Shown here piece after piece: positions 27,334 through 39,244 of a DNA stretch of 64,000 nt. The DNA lies in contig CBFDEM010000063.1 of assembly GCA_965603825.1 (NCBI GenBank), forward strand, positions 1 through 64,000, in the 5' to 3' direction. The DNA is from Blepharisma stoltei ATCC 30299 (Eukaryota; Protista; Ciliophora). A program made the position numbers and the translations under genes. The notes below the pieces were generated by a model that saw only the letters and a list, made by a program, of their open reading frames with translations, made no database searches and was not told the DNA's origin. Numbering within the stretch: the stretch's first letter is position 1; each line of letters begins with the position of its first letter.

Positions 27334-29718
27334 ATGAGTAGCTTAACCTATTTTCGTCCTGATGTTTTATTTCAGCAAACTGAGGTATCTCAAAGAAATG
27401 ATGCCCAATTAAAAAGAGAGAGCCGAATTCAGCAGATAAAAGACCAACTAAACGAAGAATTTCAAATGACTTTGCATTTCGCTACTCAAGACCCAACTCA
27501 TCCAAGCACAATTCGCAAACTCAAAGAAGAGTACAATAAGTTGGCATTTAAAAACAAACAGAAAACCCAGACACTGGAGCAACTAAAAATTGAATGAAAA
27601 TTATTGAATCCGCCAAAAATTAAACAAGACTCGAGGTTTTTAACATCATCTACTCTGAGTCAAAGGCAAATCACTTGCTGCTCAAGCTTTAAGTTTAATG
27701 AAGGGGATTACGAAGATTTAATTGCTAATTTAAAAGAAGAAATCTCCAAAACAACTGAACTTTTAAGCGTGGAAGACAATGTAACCGAACAGCTGGAATT
27801 TATGAAAGATTTAGAGAAGAAAGACTATGTAATTTATATCTAGCTAAAATTGCAAACAAAATTAGATGAGCTGAGATTCCAAACTGGCAAAATATTGAGA
27901 TTTGAAGAAGAAATATTAGAGACACAGACTAAAGCAGATAATCAGTTAATATTAGCATTAACTGAGATGAAAAGCACTAAGCATGAAATTGAAAAAGAAA
28001 AAGTGAATAGGGAGGAAAAGATTGAAAGTATGGTTAGAAAAGAAGAAAAACTCAAATCAAATATCGCAACTTTGGCCCATCGATTTTCTGAAAATATGGT
28101 TTTATATGAAGAAAACAATGAGTTACGAATTAGCTTGGAAAAAGAATTGGAGATCGCTACACAGGACTATTCGCGGCTAAAATCGCAAAATAAGCAATTC
28201 CAAGCTCAGCTTGAGTTTTATAATACAGAATTTGAAAAAATTAAGCAGTAAAACCTATTTAGAATCGTAAAAGAGTCAGGCTGCTTAGGTGCAGATCCAC
28301 AGTTAGTGGCTTCTTACACTCCTCAAGAGATTGCTTCAGCTTTATTTAGTATGATTAGCATTGAGTCTCAGCTTCAAAAGCGATTTGTTGAATTAACATC
28401 AATCCATAACTCGCTCAAGTCTAAATGCGAAACAATTTTTATAGAGTTAAAAGAGCTCAAAGAAGAAGCCAAATTTTCCGATAAAATTGAAGAAATAAAA
28501 AATAAAGCTCACATTATAATGAAAAATGATGAAATCACTACAAACGAATTGCTTTCTTCTATAGATGAGGTCAACGGGAACTCTGCTCGGGCAGAAATAA
28601 TAAAAAAATACGAAAAATTCAGCGTTTATTCGATAAAATACCTGATTTCGGTATTTACGAAAATGTGAAAACAGATAGAAATGGTTGCTAGTAAAGCTTC
28701 TCAGCCAGATTCGATGAATGTATATTTGAATAGGTCAAGAAGATTGTTTAGAGACTTACAAGAAGGATTAACCCCAAAATCGCATACAAAGGCTCTTACA
28801 CAGCTAACGCGATTCGAAAATCGAAGAAGAAAAACTGTAAAAGTAAATGAAGCTCCACCTAAATTGGAAACGGAAATTATAGAGCCAGTTAAAACAGAGA
28901 TAAATCCTTATTCTAAGCAAGAACTAATAAAAGATTATCACGAAATTTTCCATATGAATAATGATATAGCAAGCATGTTTGCGACTGAAGTGCTAAAAAG
29001 CATTGTTTCGAAGTATTTTTTAGAAAAAAATGATATAACAAGCTTATTGAAGGAGTTCGGGCAGGATAATAACTTAGATGAACTAAGACTGGAATATTTG
29101 CATAAACTATATTCTGAAGCAAATAAGAATTTAACTAAAAAGTTTGCATTTTCTATTGAATCTTTGTTGTCAGCATTAAATACAGTACAGAGATTTGTGC
29201 AAGATGAGTCAATTAAAATTAGTGAAATTGACATAGAATCTCTTCAAAAAAAGGCTACTCAGAACTCAATATCTAATATAACTAGGACAATAAAAAGAAG
29301 GCATTCAACTAAGCACACAGTTGAAGATTTAATTAAATCAGTGTTTCAATTCAAGCTGAAGACAATCAGGCAAAAGAAAGAATTAAGGCCCAAGCTCAAA
29401 GCAGATTTTGAAGACTTTGTAAAAAGTGTCAAATTTGATTGAAATAAAAACAAAGATCTTCAGACAAATAGTGATAAGTTCATGGGACAGCTGGAATCAG
29501 ATTCTGATGAAGAAGAAACTGAAGCAAAAAGCAAGGAAAGTTTTCCTGAGGTCAATAAAACTAGCACCTCAAAATCTGTAATGAAAGCACGTAATGGAAG
29601 TTTATCTATGATAAACTTGCCAAGAATTGGCAAAAGATATAGGGCTATGTCTGAAATAAGAGAAATTGAATCCAAGATACAAAGTGTCAAGCATTTTGAA
29701 AGTCTTAAGAAATTTTAA
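27334..29718 (+). CDS. Coiled-coil hypothetical protein, ~784 aa, two introns
   Basis: Six ORF pieces in one frame, joined by TGAs and two 15-nt introns. Confidence 0.82.
27829..27843 (+). other. 15-nt spliceosomal intron
   Basis: GTAATTTATATCTAG; in-frame TAG. Confidence 0.9.
28248..28262 (+). other. 15-nt spliceosomal intron
   Basis: GTAAAACCTATTTAG; in-frame TAA. Confidence 0.9.
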
Positions 29719-30307
29719 AATAATTAACTCGAATTTTGAGAATGATTAAGTAATAAAATTCATTGATGTTTAGAGGCATCAAAGCTTGCATCCTTTCCGT
29801 TTTAGGCTTAAGAATAAAAAGGTTTATCTTCAATATTCTTATTGAATATTCTAAACATTAACTTTCTCATAACTATAGACATTTTTTCAACGAAATAATT
29901 GTATTTATTTTTATTAACTTTTATAAAAATTCATCAATTTTCAAGATACAAATTAAAATAGATTTAAAAAATCTTGAAATTATCGTTAAGATAGATTTTT
30001 TTAAAACCTAATATGGCCTTAATCAGTATAAATATAATATCAAATAACCCATGCACTTTATCTCATTCTCGTATATTTTTTGTCTATTATGCTCCACTCT
30101 ATATCATAAGTGAATTTTCCAGTAAATTTATCTAGCGAATTTTGCCTTCTTTATAAGAAATGATTATGACCAAAAATTTTGTGGTTTTGCAGTCAATTTC
30201 TTGCTTAATATATATATTGATAACTAAAAATTTAGGCCAGAAGAATTTCTCCTAATATTCCAATTCCATAGATAAATGATATAAGATGTCATTTATAAAC
30301 AATATAT

Positions 30308-30742
30308 ATGAACCAAGATTTTCAATCAGAAAATACTTATAACAAAGGACGATGGAATGCAGAAGAGAAAAAGAAATTCGTAGACGCTCTTAATTTATAC
30401 GGAAAAGACTGGGCTAAGATTCAAAATTACATATCTACAAGGACCCTGGTTCAAGTAAGGTCTCATGCCCAAAAATATTTCCGAAAAGCCGATAGGCCTC
30501 AAGAGCTTAAAATGCCACAACTTTTTAGGCTGAAGGATTCAGAAAGAAAATTCGATGAATATTTTGCACAAATAGAACAGTTTAAACAGATGATGGAGCT
30601 TAAAAGGCAAGTCTGAGGTCAGACTGTATCTGAACCATTTTATAACTTTTATCCAAACATGGTTTTACCTCAGAAAAAGGCTGAAATGGAAGGGTGTAGC
30701 TCGATTCCAAGCAAAAGAATCAAAATGGATTACTGTGAGTAG
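30308..30742 (+). CDS. SHAQKYF-class Myb/SANT transcription factor, 144 aa
   Basis: GRWNAEEKKKFVDALNLYGKDW...VRSHAQKYF; reads through TGA at 30614 to TAG at 30740. Confidence 0.92.
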
Positions 30743-30899
30743 ATAAACTATTAACTTAAGTAGCCTTTGTCATAAGCAATTATAAAAAATTAATAGAAGG
30801 GCAAAATAAAAAAGAAGCACCTAGCATTTAAAATCTATAAGCTTTTATCTACTATTTATATTTTTTAACCTGAATTATTAGTGCATTTTCACGCCAAAA

Positions 30900-31184
30900 T
30901 TAAACGAGGATTGAAGGTGCAGAGGAGTTTGTGGAGGCTCATGGAAACTTGCGGAATCGGTTGTGGTGGATCTGCTTCAATTGATGGCTCACTTCAGTGG
31001 ATCGAGTGGGTGTTTCATCATTGATGCTTATATTGTTGCTGCTTGTGGAGTTGTTCTTGGAATCTAATAGTATTATACCTACCATTGCAGGGCACAAAGA
31101 GCAAACACTATAACTTTTAGCTGGAGTTTCATTGAAGAATTGATGCGCAAATTTGAATTTAAGAAAAAAGAGAGAATGCTGCAT
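30900..31184 (-). CDS. Small orphan gene, model uncertain (possibly a secreted peptide starting at 31132)
   Basis: GC-richer island. 94-codon frame with UGA=Trp, an out-of-frame signal-peptide-like MKLQLKVIVFALCAL, and a candidate 15-nt intron at 31064-31078. Confidence 0.35.
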
Positions 31185-31589
31185 GAGGCAGTAATAACAC
31201 TAATTTTTGTTTTTTAAAAAAACATAAAATTAAGCATTTAAATTGAAACAATGTTTTTTATCCAATTTAGTATTTTTTAAGTTTAAAGTGTAAGATTCAT
31301 CAATAAAAAAATGCTTTTCATAATACAAGTGTCAAAGCTAATATTTAAGTCACATAATTTTTTATTAAGAGCAGCATAGACAACTATAAATTTCAGCTGC
31401 TAAAGTGATATATGAATAAAAGAATCATTATAGAAAACTTTTAAATTAGAAGTAGAGATATGTAAAATTCCATTTTCACCTGCCAATTCGATTTTTTTAC
31501 TATCTTTTATTATCATTAAAAAAACAACGGTTAAAAATATTTATGTCCAGTATTATATTTATCGTATTTTAAAAATTGAAAGTATTTGA

Positions 31590-32621
31590 TTATCTTCCTT
31601 CTTTCATTGCTTCTCTCCAGCTCACTGAAAACTCGTTTGCTTTTTCCATAAATTCTTCATGATAGCCTTTTGTTATTCCAACCTCCAAATTTAGCTTTGG
31701 CACAAGGTTATGTATGCTTGGCGCAGATGCTGAATGCCTATGTTTTGTTAAAAATCCCTTATTTTCATTGGAAATTTCTCCGATATTTCCCTCATCACAT
31801 TTAAAAGTTTTCCCAAAATCTCTTTCTTCCACCAGCTCGCTGTCTTTTTCTTTAATTACTTCTTTTAATTCTTTTATTTTTTTATTTTTATGATCCAAAC
31901 TTTTGCTTAATTTCAAGTTTTCTTTTGATAAAATTTCTATAGTTTGTTTATATTTTATATAATCATTGTGTTTATTTCTTTTACTTATTGCTGCATCAAT
32001 GTACTCTCCATAGAAATCCTTGATTTTTTTTAATAACGAGCTGAACACTTTGTCCTTTTCTATCAGCTCATCGAAAATTGTATTATAAATAATTTTTTTC
32101 TCTTCTAAGCCCTGCCATTTAGTCTCTTTTAATCTTTCAGTCAGCTCTAGCTCAAGCTCTATTGCTTCTGGACTAATATTTCTTATTTCTGTCACAGAAT
32201 CTGACCTTTTTGGAGAAGGCTGTGCAGAAAAACAGCCAGAAGTTTTGACATGTTTTAAGGTCTCTGATTTTCTCATAGTTTCACGCTCACTTGGGTTTAA
32301 TAGAGATCTGGGTGATAAATTATCAATCCCTATAGAAAAATTTGAATTAATTTGAGTTTTAGGCGTGAGCACTGAAGGAAGATTAACTTCATTGATACAA
32401 ATTGTTGGAGAATTGCTTCGTTGTGAATTTTTCTTCTTTAGTCGTGGATTTGGAGGTAAAGCGTAAGGCGAGCAGGGTTTTTCTACCAAAGTAGGAGTTT
32501 TTTGAGGATATTTTGGCGAGATAATGGTGCGCTTTGTGAGGAGGGTTGATGGGCTACGGCGAGAGTGCGGCGAGCGGGAATTTGAAGAAAAAGATAATAG
32601 TCTTGATTTTTCTTGCATCAA
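31590..32621 (-). CDS. Coiled-coil protein with TSNAXIP1-N-like motif, 343 aa
   Basis: Uninterrupted ORF; IFDELIEKDKVFSSLLKKIKDFY and C-terminal YHEEFMEKANEFSVSWRE. Confidence 0.8.
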   Translation of the reverse strand: MMQEKSRLLSFSSNSRSPHSRRSPSTLLTKRTIISPKYPQKTPTLVEKPCSPYALPPNPRLKKKNSQRSNSPTICINEVNLPSVLTPKTQINSNFSIGIDNLSPRSLLNPSERETMRKSETLKHVKTSGCFSAQPSPKRSDSVTEIRNISPEAIELELELTERLKETKWQGLEEKKIIYNTIFDELIEKDKVFSSLLKKIKDFYGEYIDAAISKRNKHNDYIKYKQTIEILSKENLKLSKSLDHKNKKIKELKEVIKEKDSELVEERDFGKTFKCDEGNIGEISNENKGFLTKHRHSASAPSIHNLVPKLNLEVGITKGYHEEFMEKANEFSVSWREAMKEGR

Positions 32622-32683
32622 TTATAATGGTTGTTAAATTAATTCTAATTATTTATAAGATAAAATATTCATTTTTGGGAACT

Positions 32684-33189
32684 ATGAAGCAGTCACAAAA
32701 TTGGTTAGAAATTGCTGTATTAGGAAATGAGAGAGTTGGAAAAACTTATTTTATTAATAGAATTTCTAAAAGCCGTGCTTATCACCCACAAATTGGAGTT
32801 CTATTTTATTCTAAAGAGTATCAAATTCATGAGAAATATTTAAGAGTGACTTACTGAGATTTGCCTAGGTCAAGAGATTGAATTAAGCTTCTAAAAAGAT
32901 GACAAGAGAGAATTAATTTATTTATTATAGTTTATGATGTAACGAGCAGATCTTCATTTGAATCGGTTGAAATATGGAGGAATAAAATAAATCAAGATAT
33001 ATTCAGGAAAAAAATATTATTTTAATTGCTAATAAAATTGATGAAGGCTGAAACCGAGCTGTAAGTTATAGTGAAGCAAAGTCACTGGCTTATCGCTATG
33101 AAATGCTGTATTTAGAGGTTTCTTGTTTAAATGGGAAAGGATGTAGGAATTTTTGAAGACATTATATGAAGCAAATTAGAGTTTGATAA
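32684..33189 (+). pseudogene. Divergent Rab-like small GTPase with frameshift (pseudogene, recoded gene or assembly error)
   Basis: G1 GNERVGKT, degenerate G3 [TGA=W]DLPRS and IIVYDVT in one frame. After TAA at ~33023, ANKID and YLEVSC lie in the -1 frame. Confidence 0.7.
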
Positions 33190-34119
33190 TTTTTAATATT
33201 ACTACATTGAGTAAATGCTAAATTATGTATTTATTAGATAATTTAAGCATTAAATTGGGCATTGGCTATAATAAAAGATAAACAAAATGGCTATTCAAGA
33301 AATAAGCAAACAGAACTTGAAAAAGTAAAATTTTTTATAATCTAAGCCAATGCTCATATTAAATCCACTGAACATCTACTGTGTACTTCGAAACAAAAAA
33401 TTTAAAATATTTCGATCGAAATTGGCTTATCTTGTTATAATAATTACTATAAATTGTTAACTGACAGTTGGCTTCTCTACCAAAGGAGATTTTAAAGTCG
33501 TAGCGATGCTTCATTCCAAGATAATATATTTATAGTCTTAGATTGACTTGAAAAGGTATAAGCTATGAAATAAGGCAAAACAGATTTGAAAGTGGCATTT
33601 CTAAAATAATGTTTTCAATTGATAATAAACTTTATATCATCTATTTAAAGATTACTGCCTTATTAAGAGTCCAAGGTATTAAAAATAAATGTTAAATTAA
33701 TACTAAGGTGTATGATTTTTTAAATTGAAAGATCTTACTGAATAATTCATAAAGGCATAAAAAAACTAGAATACTCTATAAATAAGTGAGGTAGAAAATT
33801 ATTTCTTACATCTATTATTTATTATTCGTTGATTTTTATTTTAAAAAAATTAAATATCAAATAAATCTTTATTATTTTTTGAATAAATTCAATCCTTAAT
33901 GATTTATAGGTATTGTCGCATTTAGTTACAAATTAAAACCTACTAAATGGAATTTTTCATGCTAAGTCAAATAAAAAGTTAGTTTGGCTTTTAAATTTCT
34001 TTCATCCATGGGAAGAATAATAACAATATATATTTTTGCATTGGGGCTTAGGCGTATATATGACGATTCCCATTAATTTCTGTATTAATGGATTCTTAAG
34101 TAAAACTGCATAATTAACA

Positions 34120-35034
34120 ATGGCTGGACTTTCTCTCTATGACAAACCCTCAAATTCTCAAAGCTCTCAGCCTCTTGATCTCGAGCAATCTACTAAATTA
34201 ATAGAGCTCTTTCAATCTACTCTACAACAAAACAAAATTCACATTGCATATGAGGTCCGAGCTGCTGTTTTCGAAGATCTTTCTTGCTCCTTTTCACAAC
34301 AATTAATTGCGGGCATAGAAGAACTTCACCGCTCTATCGGGGTGGCTTTTGATAATCTTGAACAAAAATTAAGTGACCGAATTTTCTCATTAGAAACAAA
34401 ACTTATAAAATTAGAAAATGATTCACAATGTATAAGTAGTAATCAGCAAAAAATAGATGAAAAAGTATGCAGCAATCAAGAAAAAATTAAAGAACTCCAA
34501 ATAAAAAACACCGGCATTGAACAATTTGTCTGAAATGTCTCAGAGGATACAAAAAAGATGGATAATTTATTAAGGAAATTTTATGATCACCTTTTAGAAA
34601 TCAACGGTGAGTTAGCTGCAATTAAAGCAAGCCTAGACAGCAGCTCCTGAAAACCCATAGAAAGGCCTTATGATATGTCAAAAAATATCGAAATCCTCAA
34701 AACAGACATCACTGACAAAATCATTGACGAAAAATCACAAAATATCGAATTTTATAGAGAATTGAAGCTCGGGATCAACGAGTTAAAAGAAAATGTACAA
34801 TATTTAGGAGAAAATCATAATAAGCATAAGCTTTCCCTAGAAAAGTTTGGAGACTGATGCAAAGGTTTGCAGAGCTCGATAATGCAATTCGAATGCAGGA
34901 TTGCTAAGCTGGATGGAGAAATGAGAATTATAAGACAAAAAGAAGAGAAACTAGAAGACTCAGAAAAAAAGAATGAAGAAGTGAGAAAACTGATTCATCT
35001 TAATGAGAGAATTTTTACTAATAGAGTTTACTAA
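34120..35034 (+). CDS. Coiled-coil hypothetical protein, 304 aa
   Basis: One frame through three TGAs to TAA-TAA-TAG at 35032. Confidence 0.8.
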
Positions 35035-35052
35035 TAATAGGCGGGATATAAA

Positions 35053-37281
35053 ATGGAAATTAATGATAGAGTGTTAGGGCTTTATTTTCAATCTGAGCTA
35101 ATGCCAGAAGAAATGAATGCTATAAAACTGCTTGTGTCATTTTTTGATGACCCTGAAATTTTTACAAAATATTTCCAGTTTAAAAATACAAATCCTTATC
35201 CAAATGAATTCAATTTAAATTACTCCAAAATTCTAGCTGACTCTACCCGATCAATTGAGCTGACTGAAGTCCTGCAAACTTTAAGATACAAGCCAGACGT
35301 TTTTTTGCCTACAATCCACGCAGCAGTCCATCAAATATTTTTCAAGCACTATCCTCAAGTTCCAATTCAAAACCCTATTCGAATTTTTATTACAAAATAT
35401 GACGTAATTACTCTTCTTTCCAACATAAGAAGTGCTATGATACAGCGTTTTGTCTGTATCTCCGGAAGTGTCGTTAAAATGTCCCCAAGAAAGCCCTATG
35501 TAATCGGCATGGATTTTTTATGTCTAAAATGCAGCGCTCATGTCCCCACTACTTTTCCTGAAGGAAAATACACCTTACCTATGCTTTGTTCAAATCAAGA
35601 CTGTAGAAATATAAAAGCTTTTCAGCCTTTAAGAGACACAGCGAAGCTTGTGAACTGGCAACGAATTAAGGTCCAAGAATGCTCAAGTGATGACCAAATT
35701 GGTGTTCCATTAACAATGGAATGTGAAGCTAAAAATCTTGATATTTCTCATATATCGGTAGGCGACCCTGTCACTATTATGGGAATAGTAAGAGCTGAAA
35801 GCTCTGATGTCCATAAGATAAAAAATACAGGACTTTATGGACTTTATTTAGAAATTGTGACAGTTGTAACGAATAAAGATAACGAATGCGAAGTAGAAGA
35901 CTTGACTAGCGAGGAAATTGCCAGGATTAAAGAGATGGCGAAAAGTAAAAACATTTTCCATAGCTTGGTGAAGAACTTCTGTGGGGTGATTTATGGGCTG
36001 GAAAAAGTAAAAGCAGGGTTATTATTATCATTATTAGGAGGAAATGATATGCAATCTAGAGGGACTTCACATGTACTTGTAATTGGGGAGCCGGGGCTAG
36101 GAAAAACTCAATTAATTAAGACTGCTTTGGGGTATTCTCCGAGAGGAATTTATATCTCAGCTGCTACAAAGACGGGGTTAACGGTTAGTATTGCAAAAGA
36201 AAATGGGCAGCAGTCTATGAGGGCTGGAGGGCTTGTTATGGCTGACGAAGGAATCTGTGCAATTGATGAGTTTGATAAAATGGGAAAAGAGCAAGAGTCT
36301 CTATTAGAAGTCATGGAGGAGCAAACTATGACCATAGCTAAATCAGGAATTTACTGCAATTTAAGGGTTAGAGCTACTGTAATTGCTGCAGCAAACCCTG
36401 TGCAAGGCCATTATAACCCTTCTAGGACCCTTTCAGAAAATTTAAAAATAAATGCTGCTGTATTGTCACGGTTTGACCTGGTATTTTTATTGCTGGAAAA
36501 TCATGAAGCACAGATTTCTCGGCACGTCATCAATATCCACAGTGGGGTGAAGCGTAATTTTGATCCAGGTTTCAGAAATTTTGAGATGCCTCCTCCACCC
36601 TCAGTAAGACGACTGTGAACCCAATCAAGCACAACTTCTCAACGGTCAGTCAATGATGTTCCTTTAGAAACAGAATCATTTACAGGATACATGAAAAGAG
36701 TAAGCCAAGAATTACAAACGAATATTTCCCATGATATTATTAAAAAATATATCAATTATGCGCGGAAGCATATTCATCCAAGACTATCACAAGGCGCTAT
36801 AGACTTATTAAATGCCTTTTTCTCCAAGCTTAGAAAAGATTCCCCTGGAAACGGAATCCCAGTGACTTCGAGACAATTGGAATCTCTTAAAAGATTAGCT
36901 GAAGCTAGAGCCAAAGCGGAGCTCAGAGAAATTGCTTCAGAAATTGATGCAATGGAAGTAATAAAGCTTTACCAAGAAACCATTTATGACTTCAAAACAC
37001 AAGATTTCGTAATGCCGAGGATGACGAGAAAAAGGGGAACTGACCGCCCGCTTGGAGAGCTGAGCGTAGCGAAGCAACAACTTGTATTTTTAGATAAAAT
37101 TAGAGAAGAAATAGAATCTAGAGGAGATGATGCCTTTTCTTTCCAAGAGCTATTGACTTTGTCGAAAGACCTTGGTATGAGGGTCGGAGATTTTGGGTTT
37201 TTCATAGAAAGGCTTAACCAATCAAACTTGCTTTTAAAGAAGCCTGGGGGGATGTATAAAGTTTTACAGAGTGCATTATAA
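35053..37281 (+). CDS. MCM8: MCM8 helicase, 742 aa
   Basis: C4 zinc finger, Walker A GEPGLGKT, IDEFDKM, arginine finger LSRFD, and MCM8-type C-terminus LNQSNLLLKKPGGMYKV; TGA at 36616. Confidence 0.9.
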
Positions 37282-37310
37282 TTAACTAAAAGTTTTCAAT
37301 TTAAATATGT

Positions 37311-38240
37311 TTAATTAGCCATATTTCTTGCTGATTTTTTCCTCTGATATCTCTCATTCATCTGGCCAGTGTAATTTTCTCTATAATTAGTTGTGAATTG
37401 CCCATTCCAAGAAACCCTGGCTTGAAAATCATCGACTATTCCGTGATCTCTTTTAGGCATATGGTCCTTGGTGAAAGGTCTGAAGTCTTTTCTTGAAGTG
37501 GTTTCATGCATCTGCACAGTTACAGGTGAAAGAACACCTGAGCCTTTCCAAAAGTTAGGGTTTGGGGGTTTTCCTTTGTTTTCGTAGAGACTTTGATCAT
37601 ATTTTCTGAATTCTTTTGCGTAGTTTGAGACTGCTTGAAGCTTTAATTCGTCTCCTCTGAACGGTAATGATGAAACTGCAGCTCTTTGAGCCCTGTATTC
37701 TCCATATCCTTGAAAATCTTGCTGGTAGCTTGATCTGCTGGCGAATTTCAGTTTAAAGCTATCAGGGGTTTTAACTTCCTTCGCTTTTTTTGGCTCAAGA
37801 GGAAATGCCTGGAAATCCTTTTTGTACATGGAAGTTGCATCAATATGAAAATTAGTGTGTCTATAAGAAAGATCTCTGGCTGTGCTTGGTGGCTGGGGTG
37901 GATACTTAGGATACTTCAGCTTATAAGTGGTGGAGAATTGAGATGACGTGCTTTTCAGCATTCTCCTGTACTCACCAGGGCAAAGATGCTTCCCACAGTT
38001 ACAGAGATGGCAGAGGCACTGGTCAACCATATGCTCCATCTCTGAAACTGGAGGCAAATTAGGGTTATTCAAAGCGCACCAATCTTCGCCTGTTGGGATT
38101 ATTGCTGGGTCTTCTTGATTCTGGTATACGTTGGCCAATTGAAAATTTGGAACACTTGAGGCTGATTTTAGCTTTGCTCGGTCATTTGCGGATAAACCTG
38201 TGTGAGGACGACTAGCAGCTGCGGACGGAGGTGACTGCAT
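37311..38240 (-). CDS. SAXO/FAM154-like microtubule inner protein, 309 aa
   Basis: CLCHLCNCGKHLCP N-terminal motif plus repeated (T/S)(T/S)Y..D(F/Y) Mn-like motifs. Confidence 0.82.
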   Translation of the reverse strand: MQSPPSAAASRPHTGLSANDRAKLKSASSVPNFQLANVYQNQEDPAIIPTGEDWCALNNPNLPPVSEMEHMVDQCLCHLCNCGKHLCPGEYRRMLKSTSSQFSTTYKLKYPKYPPQPPSTARDLSYRHTNFHIDATSMYKKDFQAFPLEPKKAKEVKTPDSFKLKFASRSSYQQDFQGYGEYRAQRAAVSSLPFRGDELKLQAVSNYAKEFRKYDQSLYENKGKPPNPNFWKGSGVLSPVTVQMHETTSRKDFRPFTKDHMPKRDHGIVDDFQARVSWNGQFTTNYRENYTGQMNERYQRKKSARNMAN

Positions 38241-38390
38241 GAGATTAGAATTTAAATTTATTATTTTGAGGAGATTTCCATATACAAATTTGCTCTCATA
38301 ATTTAATAGGGAAAAAAGATAAATTCTTAAAAATAATTTAAATCCAGCTCAATTATAAGGATAAAGTTTATTAATAAGTTTCTAGCATAT

Positions 38391-39224
38391 TTATTCACTT
38401 ATTTTTTCATTCTCTTTGCTCATTTTTTCATTTTCTTCACTTATTGCTGTCAAGACCCTTACTTTGTCATCTAGCAACTTATTGACTCTTTCTTTAGATC
38501 TCTGCACAATTTCCCATGCTTTTTCAGTGATTTTGCTTAACTGTAAGTCTTCATCTTCAGTCATGAATTTTTCAATTTCTCCATGATCCGGTTTTTCAAT
38601 TGTATCAAGATTTTCACTAGAAATTCTGAATTCTTCTTCAGTCTCATCAAACTGCTCATTTTCAATTGGAGCATATTTTGGGACTCTAAATATGCCTTAC
38701 TCTAGTCCTAAAATCCTCAATCTTTCTTCAGGTCTCACAGCACTCCCATCAAGCTCATCAAGGTAAGGCAAAGCTTTTATTAAAGTTTCTCTATACTCGG
38801 ATTCCGAAGCACAAGGATTTCCATTCAGTTTTAATATAGAAATGTCGTTAGGAATTTCTTCAGTGCTCAGCAAAATAATTTGATTATTTGCTAAATTGAG
38901 ATATAGCAAATTTTTCAGTGTTTTTAGACCTTGGATATAAGTGATTTTGTTTCCTTCTAAAGTCAGAAACTCCAAGTTTATCATGAACTCTAGATTCTGA
39001 ATTTTTTCAATTAAATTGTACTGCAGATGAAGATATTTTATGTGGGAATACAGTTCCAAGTTATCGATTTCTATTATATTTTGCCATTCTAAATGCAAAA
39101 TATATGATTGCATAACTTTTTCAATCCTATATAAGACTTACTGCTCCTCCCTTCCTAATGTTTCTTGTTCTGTTGATGTTAGATTTAATTTCAAAATCAG
39201 ATCTGTGCAAATTTTCTTTGACAT
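38391..39224 (-). CDS. SDS22-type leucine-rich repeat protein (LRRC46-like), two introns
   Basis: LxLxxNxIxxIxxL repeats and LRR cap LNGNPC...YR...LPYLDELDG; ATG 39224, TAA 38391. Confidence 0.87.
38686..38700 (-). other. 15-nt spliceosomal intron
   Basis: GTAAGGCATATTTAG; in-frame TAA. Confidence 0.92.
39127..39141 (-). other. 15-nt spliceosomal intron
   Basis: GTAAGTCTTATATAG; in-frame TAA. Confidence 0.92.
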
Positions 39225-39244
39225 TTTTTATATTAAATTTCTAA

